24,000 nucleotides of DNA from Opitutales bacterium (GCA_017935025.1 JAGBIL010000022.1:5273-29272), one strand, 5' to 3'; shown: positions 15,938 through 23,702, counted from the first letter of the stretch. Numbers and translations: made by a program. The notes: generated by a model from the sequence alone, not told the origin.

Positions 15938-16447
15938 ATGGGAACATTCACATCCGATAAAGTATTCACTTGCCCAAAATCTTGTATTCCGGAAATCGAA
16001 TCGGCAATTATCGCCGCATTTGAACCGGAAGGTTTTGAAATTAAGCGATTTTCGCTTCCAAACGGCGGATTCGAATTATCAATGACCAAAGGCGGAATGT
16101 TTAAAGCCGTTGTCGGAATGAAATCTGCATTGAAAGTAACGGCAAATCCGACCCCGACCGGTGTTCAAATCGAAGCGGGAATAGGGATTTTCGGGCAACA
16201 GGCATTGCCGACGGTCGTTACAATGTTTGTATTTTGGCCGGTCATGATTCCTCAAATTTGGGGAATGATTCAGCAGTCAAAACTTGATGACAAGGTTTTG
16301 GAAATTGCGGAATCAACAGTCCAAAATTATGTCGAACCGATTGCGATTACGCAGCAAACTGATGCGGGAACGCAATTTTGCACACAATGCGGAGGCAAAA
16401 ATCCTTCCGATGCTAAATTCTGCAACAAGTGCGGAGCTAAACTTTAA
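15938..16447 (+). CDS. Small protein with one hydrophobic segment and C-terminal zinc ribbon
   Basis: ATG 15938 (MGTFTSDK...); the ORF-track start at 15869 would overlap the upstream gene. Hydrophobic segment ALPTVVTMFVFWPVMIPQIWGMI. C-terminal FCTQCGGKNPSDAKFCNKCG. Confidence 0.6.
   Translation: MGTFTSDKVFTCPKSCIPEIESAIIAAFEPEGFEIKRFSLPNGGFELSMTKGGMFKAVVGMKSALKVTANPTPTGVQIEAGIGIFGQQALPTVVTMFVFWPVMIPQIWGMIQQSKLDDKVLEIAESTVQNYVEPIAITQQTDAGTQFCTQCGGKNPSDAKFCNKCGAKL
16379..16432 (+). other. Zinc-ribbon module copy 3 (CX2CX10CX2C)
   Basis: C-TQ-C-GGKNPSDAKF-C-NK-C. Confidence 0.75.
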
Positions 16448-16469
16448 AACTCAATAGAGATTATTTCAT

Positions 16470-16841
16470 ATGGCAAAGACATACTTTGAAACGGCAATAG
16501 ATGCCCTTCGTCAGAATGATTTTACGACAGCTTGTAGATTTTTGGGGTATGCAATCGAATACGGTAGCAATAAAGAAAAGAGGAAAGCTAGGAAAATTTT
16601 AGAAGAAACCCCGCAACTTGAAAGATACAAAGAGATTCCTCGTAAAACCAACGACACAATTGTTGATGAAATTATTACAAAAGCTACTCGTCTAGCAAAT
16701 AAAGCCGCAACCGGAGAACTAAAAAAAGAAATATCTAAAAAAGGGAAATACCTTGCTGAAGAATTTATCGACGAAGTTAAGTCAAATCCTATTGGTTGTA
16801 TAAAAATCGCATGTCGAATGTGGAAGATTTTTGGAGGTTAG
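16470..16841 (+). CDS. Small helical protein sharing the N-terminal TPR-like module of the 725-aa protein
   Basis: 123 aa. TYFETAIDALRQNDFTTACRFLGYAIEYGSNKEKRKARKILEE aligns to TYFEQALHFFEAGKLEEARKYFGYAKNFGSENEKQRATEILEQ at 17 of 43 identities by hand. Confidence 0.55.
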   Translation: MAKTYFETAIDALRQNDFTTACRFLGYAIEYGSNKEKRKARKILEETPQLERYKEIPRKTNDTIVDEIITKATRLANKAATGELKKEISKKGKYLAEEFIDEVKSNPIGCIKIACRMWKIFGG

Positions 16842-16845
16842 AAAT

Positions 16846-17637
16846 ATGGCTAAAGAAAAAGATCCGTGGCTCGACACCCTAGAAAAAAAGACTGATAAGT
16901 TGAATGCACCCATTTTGCTTGAGTTCGAAGAGTGGAATAATTCCGAGAAAGAGGCTGATGAATTAATACAAGCTGCCAATAACTTCAGTCCTGAAAGAGT
17001 CGTTAGCAAAATAGAAAAACTCTGCGAAGAAATTGCGCAGTGGTATGTTTCAGAGCACAATAAGTTAATAAAAAAAGTATGCAAAGAAACAGAAATCAAG
17101 CCAACCCCATGGCTTTCTCATGATTCTAAAGATTGGCTCTACGGTGAAGTTGTTTCAGAACTAAAAGCTCTTGAAAATGCTCTCAATCACGTAAGAAATT
17201 CAATGTGCGATATCGCCTCATTTGTGGAGAGAAATACAGGATTCTGGGCGAACGCGAAAGTATTTATTGATAGCGCAATTAAAGGAGCTATTTCTCCTTT
17301 GCGTAGTATGTACGACTACGGGAAGGATTTCTTAAGTGGATTTGAAAATCCGGAAGCCAAACGGGTTGATTCAAATTATGAGAGGTCTCTTGAAGAACTT
17401 TCCAATGCACAAGAACGTTTGTCTCAAGTAGTATATACAAAATGTATTTCTCGGTGGAACGATAAAACATTGGGAGCAATTAAAGATATTGAGAACTCCC
17501 TGCTACCCAGTAAAGTCCAACCCGCGCCATCGATTCTCAAACGCTGTTTTTGGGGAATTATTAAACTCTTACTGCTTGCTGGGCTTATCCTCGGAGGGAT
17601 GACACTTCTTGAAAAATACAAAATTATTAACTTTTAA
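16846..17637 (+). CDS. Tail-anchored helical protein
   Basis: ATG 16846 is preceded by ggagg at an 8-nt spacing and lies 4 nt after the upstream stop. The protein is predicted mostly helical, with a C-terminal TM segment CFWGIIKLLLLAGLILGGMTLL. Confidence 0.55.
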   Translation: MAKEKDPWLDTLEKKTDKLNAPILLEFEEWNNSEKEADELIQAANNFSPERVVSKIEKLCEEIAQWYVSEHNKLIKKVCKETEIKPTPWLSHDSKDWLYGEVVSELKALENALNHVRNSMCDIASFVERNTGFWANAKVFIDSAIKGAISPLRSMYDYGKDFLSGFENPEAKRVDSNYERSLEELSNAQERLSQVVYTKCISRWNDKTLGAIKDIENSLLPSKVQPAPSILKRCFWGIIKLLLLAGLILGGMTLLEKYKIINF

Positions 17638-17659
17638 AATAACGACTTACCCTAATATC

Positions 17660-19735
17660 ATGAATGGAATATTAACCGAACGGGAGAAAAATATTGTCTC
17701 TGCCACCAAAGAAGAGCTCGAAAAATGCAGGTCTATTCTTGAATCAACCCCCGAGGCAAGAAAGACGCTTGTTCCCGCTTATGAAAATGTTTTGCGGGAA
17801 CTCCGCGGATTTGATTCCGAGCTCTTCATTGTTTCTTCAATGGGAATGCTAAAATCAGGGAAATCGTCTCTGGTTAATTTGTTGGCACGTTCGGAACTTG
17901 CGTCTCCTACCGGATACGGAACGGATACAACACTTCGCCCTGCACTCATCATGCCAGCGACAGCACAAAAGCCTGAAGGGGAAATTGAGGTTTGGTTTGC
18001 AAGTAACCCAACAGAACTTTCGCTTTCCGGCGATATGTCGAAAGAAGACATCGAAGCAAAACGTAAAGAAATGCTGTCTTCTGTCTTTGATTTTGTTCGA
18101 GGCGTAGGACGTGAGCCGGAGAACGCAGTCAGAAAATCGCACAGACTAACGGAAGAAAAGCTCAAAAATATTTTATGTAAAAAACAAAGCTTAGGAAATG
18201 AGCTACCTTCCGAACCGATATTGGTTATTGTGCGTGTGCCTCGGAAAGACGGCTCCTTACTTTCTGATAAAATCGTTTTGTTGGATACACCGGGTTTAGA
18301 CTCCATGAATTCCGAGTGGACTACAAATTCCGCTTGGTATCTTTGGCTAATGGAAAAAAGCGATTTGCTTCTATTTTTACAGAGTAGCGTCGCACCATTA
18401 AATCTCTCAGCCGGAGAAATTTTGAAAGAACTCCAACGCCAAAAACGCGGACGCCCGATTTGGTTGATACAAAACCTTATGGAGGCAAAGCACTGGATGA
18501 AAAAAGATGTTCAGGAGGCAGAAAATCTATCTCAAAAGGAAAGAGCGGTTACCGAGTTTCAAAAAATTAGCACCAACACGAATAGTTATTCGGTAAATCT
18601 CGGCAAGGACTTTCCGAAGTTGTTCGAGCAAGAAAGCGATCTTGACTGCAGTGCTGATTCAGAACATCTGTTAAATGAATCCGGATTCAAAGAGCTTGAA
18701 GAAGGCATTAAAGATTCTCTCAAAAGAAATGCGACCGCTCAACGTAAAGGGAATTGTATCAGAAACGTAGAAAATGCAAAAAATGAATTTGGGAAAATGA
18801 TCAAGAGTTTTAGGGAAAATGAAGTCGGAAAAATTCGCAACGAATGTGATCAAAAGCGGAAAGTAATTGAGAACGCATTCAAGGTATTGGCGGAAAAAAT
18901 TGATCCGAACCTAACACCTGCAGGGTTGCGCGTACAACGCGTAACGGACGATCAAATTTCTTTCAAGGGGGAATCTGAATCTGAGTTTTGGGGAGGATCG
19001 TTTGACGCTTCGCTAAACAGCAAGTTTAAAAGCAACGAGAACTACAACTTAGTCTATCTTAATAATTTTAAGGATGAAAAAATTCGCGAGGCGCATGATA
19101 GGTTTCGACAATTTTTGGAAGAAACCGAATCCGATGACGTAAATTGGGAGTCGGAAGAAGGCGCAAAAATGAATCTTCGGCGCAAAGTTATAGGTCAATT
19201 CTCAAAATTTATAAAAGAAGTAATGGCAGAGACGCAGGACGCGAAGAACGTTCTGAAATGCGAAGATATTCAACACAAAGAATGTCCACAAAAAATGAAT
19301 ATCACAGAAATTCACAGTCTTTCGAAGATTGAATTTCCGGATTATGATAGCTCAGGCTTATCCGACAAAGGCTTCATCAAAAGACTTAGTAAAAAATGTT
19401 CATCTCTTTTCTGCGGAGGAAAAATTTATATCGGTGAACGTTGTCGCTCCAAAATAACAGATTACAAATACAACGAAAAGTCATTGAAAGCCACCCTTAA
19501 GTTCTTTCACGAAACGGAGCAAAAAAAAATTAAGAGTAAAATCGCAAACTGGGCAAACGAACAATTTAATGAATCGTGCCGTGATTTTTTAAAAAAACTT
19601 GAGGCGCGGAGAGAGGAATGTTTAGAGGAAATCAGGAGAAAACGGGAGAACGCAGATTCTTTGGAATCAAATCTTTTTTGTATTGAAAGTATCCTCGAAA
19701 ATGCCATGAAAAGATTTGACGGGATTAACAATTAA
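17660..19735 (+). CDS. Bacterial dynamin-like GTPase (BDLP family)
   Basis: ATG 17660 (MNGILTEREK...). G1 P-loop GMLKSGKSSLVNLL (17843-17866), G2-like GTDTT, G3 LLDTPGLDS. The following SDLLLFLQSS...IWLIQNLMEAK layout resembles BDLPs. A long helical C-terminal half follows. Confidence 0.8.
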   Translation: MNGILTEREKNIVSATKEELEKCRSILESTPEARKTLVPAYENVLRELRGFDSELFIVSSMGMLKSGKSSLVNLLARSELASPTGYGTDTTLRPALIMPATAQKPEGEIEVWFASNPTELSLSGDMSKEDIEAKRKEMLSSVFDFVRGVGREPENAVRKSHRLTEEKLKNILCKKQSLGNELPSEPILVIVRVPRKDGSLLSDKIVLLDTPGLDSMNSEWTTNSAWYLWLMEKSDLLLFLQSSVAPLNLSAGEILKELQRQKRGRPIWLIQNLMEAKHWMKKDVQEAENLSQKERAVTEFQKISTNTNSYSVNLGKDFPKLFEQESDLDCSADSEHLLNESGFKELEEGIKDSLKRNATAQRKGNCIRNVENAKNEFGKMIKSFRENEVGKIRNECDQKRKVIENAFKVLAEKIDPNLTPAGLRVQRVTDDQISFKGESESEFWGGSFDASLNSKFKSNENYNLVYLNNFKDEKIREAHDRFRQFLEETESDDVNWESEEGAKMNLRRKVIGQFSKFIKEVMAETQDAKNVLKCEDIQHKECPQKMNITEIHSLSKIEFPDYDSSGLSDKGFIKRLSKKCSSLFCGGKIYIGERCRSKITDYKYNEKSLKATLKFFHETEQKKIKSKIANWANEQFNESCRDFLKKLEARREECLEEIRRKRENADSLESNLFCIESILENAMKRFDGINN

Positions 19736-19746
19736 ACCTGTTAGTT

Positions 19747-20760
19747 ATGAAAAAACTTTTCAAGTCTCCGTGGGCTTGGTGTGTCGTTTCGGGAATCGTA
19801 CTTTTTGCTGTTTCCGGATTGCTGATGCGCGGGAACGCTTTAAACGAATGCTTTCCCGGTGGAATCGTCGGGTGGATTTTCTGGGGAATTCTTATACTAC
19901 TCGCGTTGCACTTCCTAATTCGTCCGTTTGTGGGATTTGTCGGGCTTCCTCAATGGAAATCCGAGGAAGAACAAGCGGGAATGAATGACTTTGATCGGTT
20001 ACTGTTTTTAGAAAAATATGCTAAAAGCATCTCTAAAACGCAGGCCGTCTCTTCGTTTGAAAATGCTAGTTTACTGGAAAAATTGAGGAACCTTGAAAAT
20101 GCCCTGCATGAAATGCACTCGAGTTCCCGATTAGAGCTCTTGGAGAAAAGCGTTCCCGAATTTCGGGAAGCATTACATAAAGAGGTTTGTAGTCCTATTA
20201 TTTCTGCCCACATGAAATATGCCGCAGTCGCCGTTGTTGTTTCTCAACGCGGGATTCTTGATGCTTTTGTCGTATTTGCATTGCAGGTAAAACTAATTAT
20301 CGCTCTTAGTCGAGCAATGGGACATCGCCCGTCGTGGGCGTTTGTTTCCTGTTGCATGGTCTGGGTAATAAGCAATTCACTCATTTCGTTAATCTTTGAC
20401 GAAACAAATATCACCGAAACAGCACTTTCTTCTTTAAGCGAAATTTTGAGAATCCAATCCGGCGGGCTGTTAGGTGAAATCCCCGGATTAAAAACAATCG
20501 CAAATCTTTCAATGCAAGCACTTACTGCTGCTAGTTCCGTTTACATTACGGGGGAACTCGTTCGATCCCGCTTACTCGGAAACGCAAAAAAGAAAACCAT
20601 AAAAGAGTTACTAAAAATACGTGTCGACGGCTACAACGAAGCCGGAAAAATCGCAACCAACATAATCGGCGGTTTTTTCGGAGCAAAATCTACTGAAAAT
20701 GATGATTCTGATAAAAGTGCTACAACGACTCCCATGAAATCTCCTGTTCTCCCACAATAA
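19747..20760 (+). CDS. DUF697/YcjF-like membrane protein
   Basis: 337 aa. Two N-terminal TM helices, a helical linker, then AAVAVVVSQRGILDAFVVFALQVKLIIALSRAMGHRP. By eye this resembles the YcjF core ([30 protein letters not shown]). Starts 11 nt after the dynamin-like gene. Confidence 0.5.
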   Translation: MKKLFKSPWAWCVVSGIVLFAVSGLLMRGNALNECFPGGIVGWIFWGILILLALHFLIRPFVGFVGLPQWKSEEEQAGMNDFDRLLFLEKYAKSISKTQAVSSFENASLLEKLRNLENALHEMHSSSRLELLEKSVPEFREALHKEVCSPIISAHMKYAAVAVVVSQRGILDAFVVFALQVKLIIALSRAMGHRPSWAFVSCCMVWVISNSLISLIFDETNITETALSSLSEILRIQSGGLLGEIPGLKTIANLSMQALTAASSVYITGELVRSRLLGNAKKKTIKELLKIRVDGYNEAGKIATNIIGGFFGAKSTENDDSDKSATTTPMKSPVLPQ

Positions 20761-20765
20761 ACTCC

Positions 20766-20945
20766 ATGCTTTTCGCATCTGTAATTGATTTAGTTTGTCG
20801 TGTGATTTTGGTTTTCGGGAAAGGAATAAAAGCCTTTACCGAAGGGGAATTCGGGGCATTTTTTATGGAGTGGATTGCTTTGCCGTTGATTGTTCTCTTC
20901 GTTTCAATCGTCGTTTATTGTTTCTGTCGCAATAGAAAATGGTAG
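20766..20945 (+). CDS. 59-aa putative small membrane protein (below the 60-aa ORF-track cutoff)
   Basis: ATG 20766 lies 5 nt after the upstream stop. Translation MLFASVIDLVCRVILVFGKGIKAFTEGEFGAFFMEWIALPLIVLFVSIVVYCFCRNRKW has two hydrophobic segments. TAG at 20943-20945. Confidence 0.4.
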   Translation: MLFASVIDLVCRVILVFGKGIKAFTEGEFGAFFMEWIALPLIVLFVSIVVYCFCRNRKW

Positions 20946-21115
20946 AGCTGTACTCAAAAATCTTCCGGGAATTGGAATTTGTCGGGTGCGGGAGGGCGGA
21001 GATGTATCCGGATAATTACAAAATACAGGCGGAAGATTGCCGGAAACGTTTCACGTCTGAATGATGCTGAAAATTCCAGTTTGGTGAAGATTTGAAACCG
21101 CGACTGAACACCGAT

Positions 21116-21285
21116 AAACACGAATTATTTTATTTATTTAACACAGATGTAGCAGATTCAAACAGATGAAAAAACTTTGCGATTTTGCGTGATTTACTTA
21201 CCGCAAAGGAACGAAAGCAAAAGAAGGTTTTATAAAAATATCCGGTTTCATCTGTTTAATCCGTGTTAAATAAAAATTCGTGTTC
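21116..21285. repeat. Imperfect AT-rich inverted repeat (about 40-55 nt arms, about 73-nt centre) at the right border of the island
   Basis: Left arm aaacacgaattattttatttatttaacacagatgtagcagattcaaacagatgaaa (21116-21172). The reverse complement of 21246-21285 is gaacacgaatttttatttaacacggattaaacagatgaaa. Matching blocks of 10, 12 and 12 nt are separated by indels. Confidence 0.6.
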
Positions 21286-21306
21286 ATTCGTGGTTTCTTC
21301 TCTTGG

Positions 21307-21329
21307 TTCGCGGGAAATTTCAATTTGCG
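21307..21329 (+). promoter_or_regulatory. Copy of the TTCGC..AAATTTCAATTTGCG element, 33 nt upstream of the pyrF ATG (candidate promoter/operator)
   Basis: ttcgcgggaaatttcaatttgcg. The 15-nt core aaatttcaatttgcg (21315-21329) is identical to 23819-23833 and to the reverse complement of 23703-23717. Confidence 0.35.
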
Positions 21330-21362
21330 TTTGCGTGGGGTTTTTCCGAAAATCGCGGCATT

Positions 21363-22052
21363 ATGGCTACGGAACTCATTCTTGCGGTTGACCTCGACGA
21401 CAAAGACGTTGCAAAGAGCTTTCTCGCGCCTCTGCGCGGCGAGCTTTCCTGGGTAAAACTCGGCTTGCAAATGTTTTTGAAATACGGTCCGGACATCGTC
21501 GACGAATTTGCCGATGCGGGCTTCAAGATTTTTCTCGATTTGAAGCTGCACGATATTCCGAATACCGTTGCGTCCGCGATTAAAAGCCTGCGCGGTCGTC
21601 CTTGCGGAATGCTTACTATTCATACGCTCGGCGGTGCGGAAATGATGAGCCGCGCGCTCGATGCCGCCGCAGACGCGCTGCCGCAGACGCGCTTGCTCGG
21701 CGTGACGGTGCTGACGTCGATGAACGATGCGCAACTCGCCGGAATCGGCGTGCCGCGCGCACCGATGGCGCAGGTTGAAGTTTTGGCAAAACTCGCCGCC
21801 GGCGCGGGAATGCGCGGGCTTGTTTGCTCGCCGCTTGAGTTGCCGTGTCTGCGCGGTTTTCTCGGGGAGAAAATTGCGTTGGTGACGCCGGGAATCCGCC
21901 CGAAAACGGCGTCGCTCGACGACCAGAGTCGCGTGATGACTCCGGCGGATGCTGCTACTGCGGGGGCGAGCTACATCGTAGTCGGCAGACCGATTCTCAA
22001 GGCGGACGATCCCGTCGCCGCCACGCGGGCAATTCAGCAGGAATTGGCGTAG
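21363..22052 (+). CDS. pyrF: Orotidine 5'-phosphate decarboxylase
   Basis: ATG 21363 (MATELILAVDLDD...). The DLKLHDIPNTV block and the C-terminal IVVGRPI block are present. Confidence 0.9.
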   Translation: MATELILAVDLDDKDVAKSFLAPLRGELSWVKLGLQMFLKYGPDIVDEFADAGFKIFLDLKLHDIPNTVASAIKSLRGRPCGMLTIHTLGGAEMMSRALDAAADALPQTRLLGVTVLTSMNDAQLAGIGVPRAPMAQVEVLAKLAAGAGMRGLVCSPLELPCLRGFLGEKIALVTPGIRPKTASLDDQSRVMTPADAATAGASYIVVGRPILKADDPVAATRAIQQELA

Positions 22053-22072
22053 GTCGAAGAATTAGAAATGAG

Positions 22073-22112
22073 AAATTAGGAATGAGGAAGCCTTCCTAAT
22101 TCCTAATTTTTT
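22073..22112. terminator. Intrinsic terminator between convergent pyrF and dus
   Basis: aaattaggaat (22073-22083) pairs with attcctaattt (22099-22109). Four further inner base pairs form (aggа-type: 22085-22088 with 22094-22097). A T-run extends to 22112. Confidence 0.55.
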
Positions 22113-22125
22113 CATTCCCTCATCC

Positions 22126-23202
22126 TCACTCGCAATTCGGGCGGGCGCAAAGAGCAGGGAAGGGCTCCGGCGGGAACGGCGTTTCGGCAAGCGTTCCCGC
22201 GAGGAGGAATTTTTCCGAAATTTTAAAAATTTCCGTCGGCGATTCCGCACGGCGAACGGCGTGTAAAAATGCGCCCTCGGCATCGACGCCGGTCCCGATA
22301 AAGTTCAGAAATTTTTTCATTCGCGCGGCAACGCGGGCGGCGGAAACGGTTTCGTCCGAAACACAGGTTTCCAGCTCGCGAATGTAGTCGAAAACGTCGC
22401 CGAGTTTCGGCGCAAAAATTTCGTGTTCCGGCGTTCCCGCGAACATTTCGCGAAGTTGCCGGAAAATCCACGGATTGCGCACCGCGTGGCGTCCGCACAT
22501 GAGCCCGGCGCAACGCGTCTGCGCGAGGACCTTGCGCGCTTTTTCAACGGAGGAAATTTCGCCGTTGGCGGCAACGGGGCAGGCGGATTTTTTCACGGCA
22601 TCGGCAATGGCGGCGTAATCGACGGGAGAACGGTAAAGCCCGCGCACCGTGCGCCCGTGAACGGCGAGCAGATCGGCCCGGTTTTCGCGGATAATTTCGA
22701 GAAGGCGCGGGAACGGCGTCGCGTCATCAAATCCGAGGCGGCATTTTACGGTAAAAAGTTTTCCGTGGTCGGAGCAGATTTTGCGCAAGGCGGAGAGAAT
22801 TTCTTCGACTTTCGGGAGGTCACGCAAAAGACCGCCGCCGACGTTTTTCCGGAAAATTTTCGGCATCGGGCACCCGAGGTTGATGTCGATTCCGGCGACG
22901 CTTTCCGCGTAGCGCGTGAGCACGGCATCGGCGATGCGGACGAGCGCGGGAACGTCTTCTCCGATGAGTTGCACGAGCAACGGCGCTCCCGTCGCGGCGA
23001 GCGTTTTTTCGGCGCACTCGGCGACGGAATCGTCAATCTGCGAGGTGGCGTTAACGCGGAGAAATTCCGTGACGAAAAGGTCCGGCGCGCCGCGTCTTGC
23101 CAAAAGTTGCATAAACGGAAACGTCGTGATGTCCTGCATCGGCGCAAGCATCGTAAATCCTTCGCGCGGGAACGCGAAACCGCTCGGCGTTTTCTCGCTC
23201 AT
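22126..23202 (-). CDS. tRNA-dihydrouridine synthase (Dus family)
   Basis: 358 aa. LAPMQDITTFPFM, the GIDINLGCPMPKIFRKNVGGGLL catalytic-Cys block and VHGRT are typical of the Dus family. Confidence 0.85.
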   Translation of the reverse strand: MSEKTPSGFAFPREGFTMLAPMQDITTFPFMQLLARRGAPDLFVTEFLRVNATSQIDDSVAECAEKTLAATGAPLLVQLIGEDVPALVRIADAVLTRYAESVAGIDINLGCPMPKIFRKNVGGGLLRDLPKVEEILSALRKICSDHGKLFTVKCRLGFDDATPFPRLLEIIRENRADLLAVHGRTVRGLYRSPVDYAAIADAVKKSACPVAANGEISSVEKARKVLAQTRCAGLMCGRHAVRNPWIFRQLREMFAGTPEHEIFAPKLGDVFDYIRELETCVSDETVSAARVAARMKKFLNFIGTGVDAEGAFLHAVRRAESPTEIFKISEKFLLAGTLAETPFPPEPFPALCARPNCE

Positions 23203-23213
23203 TTTTCAAGGTT

Positions 23214-23669
23214 TCAGGAGAAAACGCTCGGATCGCGGCGGCGGAATTTTTCCAAAAGCTCCGAGGCATCTTTGCATTTTTGAAGGAGATTTCGGGAAAC
23301 GAGCACGGGCGCGTGGCAGGAAAATGCGAGTGCGAGCGCATCGGACGGTCGGGCATCGAGCTCGACGAATTTTTCGCCGAGTTCATTTTTCATATCGAGA
23401 GAAATTGCGGAGAAATAAACGCCGTCCTTGACATCGGTGAGCGCGACACCGGCAACTCGCGCGCCGAGCGCTTTGCATATGTCCGCGAGCAGTTCGTGGG
23501 TTTGCGGGCGGTCGGCGCGCTTGCCGGTTTCCGCCCGTTGCAGGCGTTCCCCCGTACCGACTTCCGTTTGCATAACAAAGGTTTTCTGCGGGCAAACGAC
23601 GAAAATTGCCGTGCTGTCCGCCAAGTCAAAAAAGTGAAATCCTTTGGGTTTTATCCAATCTGCATTCAT
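23214..23669 (-). CDS. Bifunctional nuclease family protein (BFN/DUF151)
   Basis: Likely start ATG at 23669 (MNADWIKPKGFHFF...). Blocks RPQTHELLADICKALGARV, DGVYFSAISL and LDARPSDALALA are present. The ORF-track extension to 23780 runs through the conserved intergenic element. Confidence 0.75.
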   Translation of the reverse strand: MNADWIKPKGFHFFDLADSTAIFVVCPQKTFVMQTEVGTGERLQRAETGKRADRPQTHELLADICKALGARVAGVALTDVKDGVYFSAISLDMKNELGEKFVELDARPSDALALAFSCHAPVLVSRNLLQKCKDASELLEKFRRRDPSVFS

Positions 23670-23702
23670 TCTTCCGGTAATCTTAAAAGCTCGTTTCCCG
23701 GG

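Noticed and set aside
17660-19735. Assignment of the dynamin-like gene to the Eleos (LeoA/LeoBC) defence system.
   Set aside because: Only one dynamin-like GTPase is present, and the neighbours (tail-anchored protein, DUF697-like protein) do not look like LeoB/LeoC. This cannot be confirmed without profile searches.
21071-21090. aaattccagtttggtgaaga upstream of pyrF as a PyrR-binding loop (ARUCCAGAGAGGYU).
   Set aside because: Only about 9 of 14 positions match, the central GAGAGG is absent, and no attenuator/antiterminator alternative hairpins are evident.
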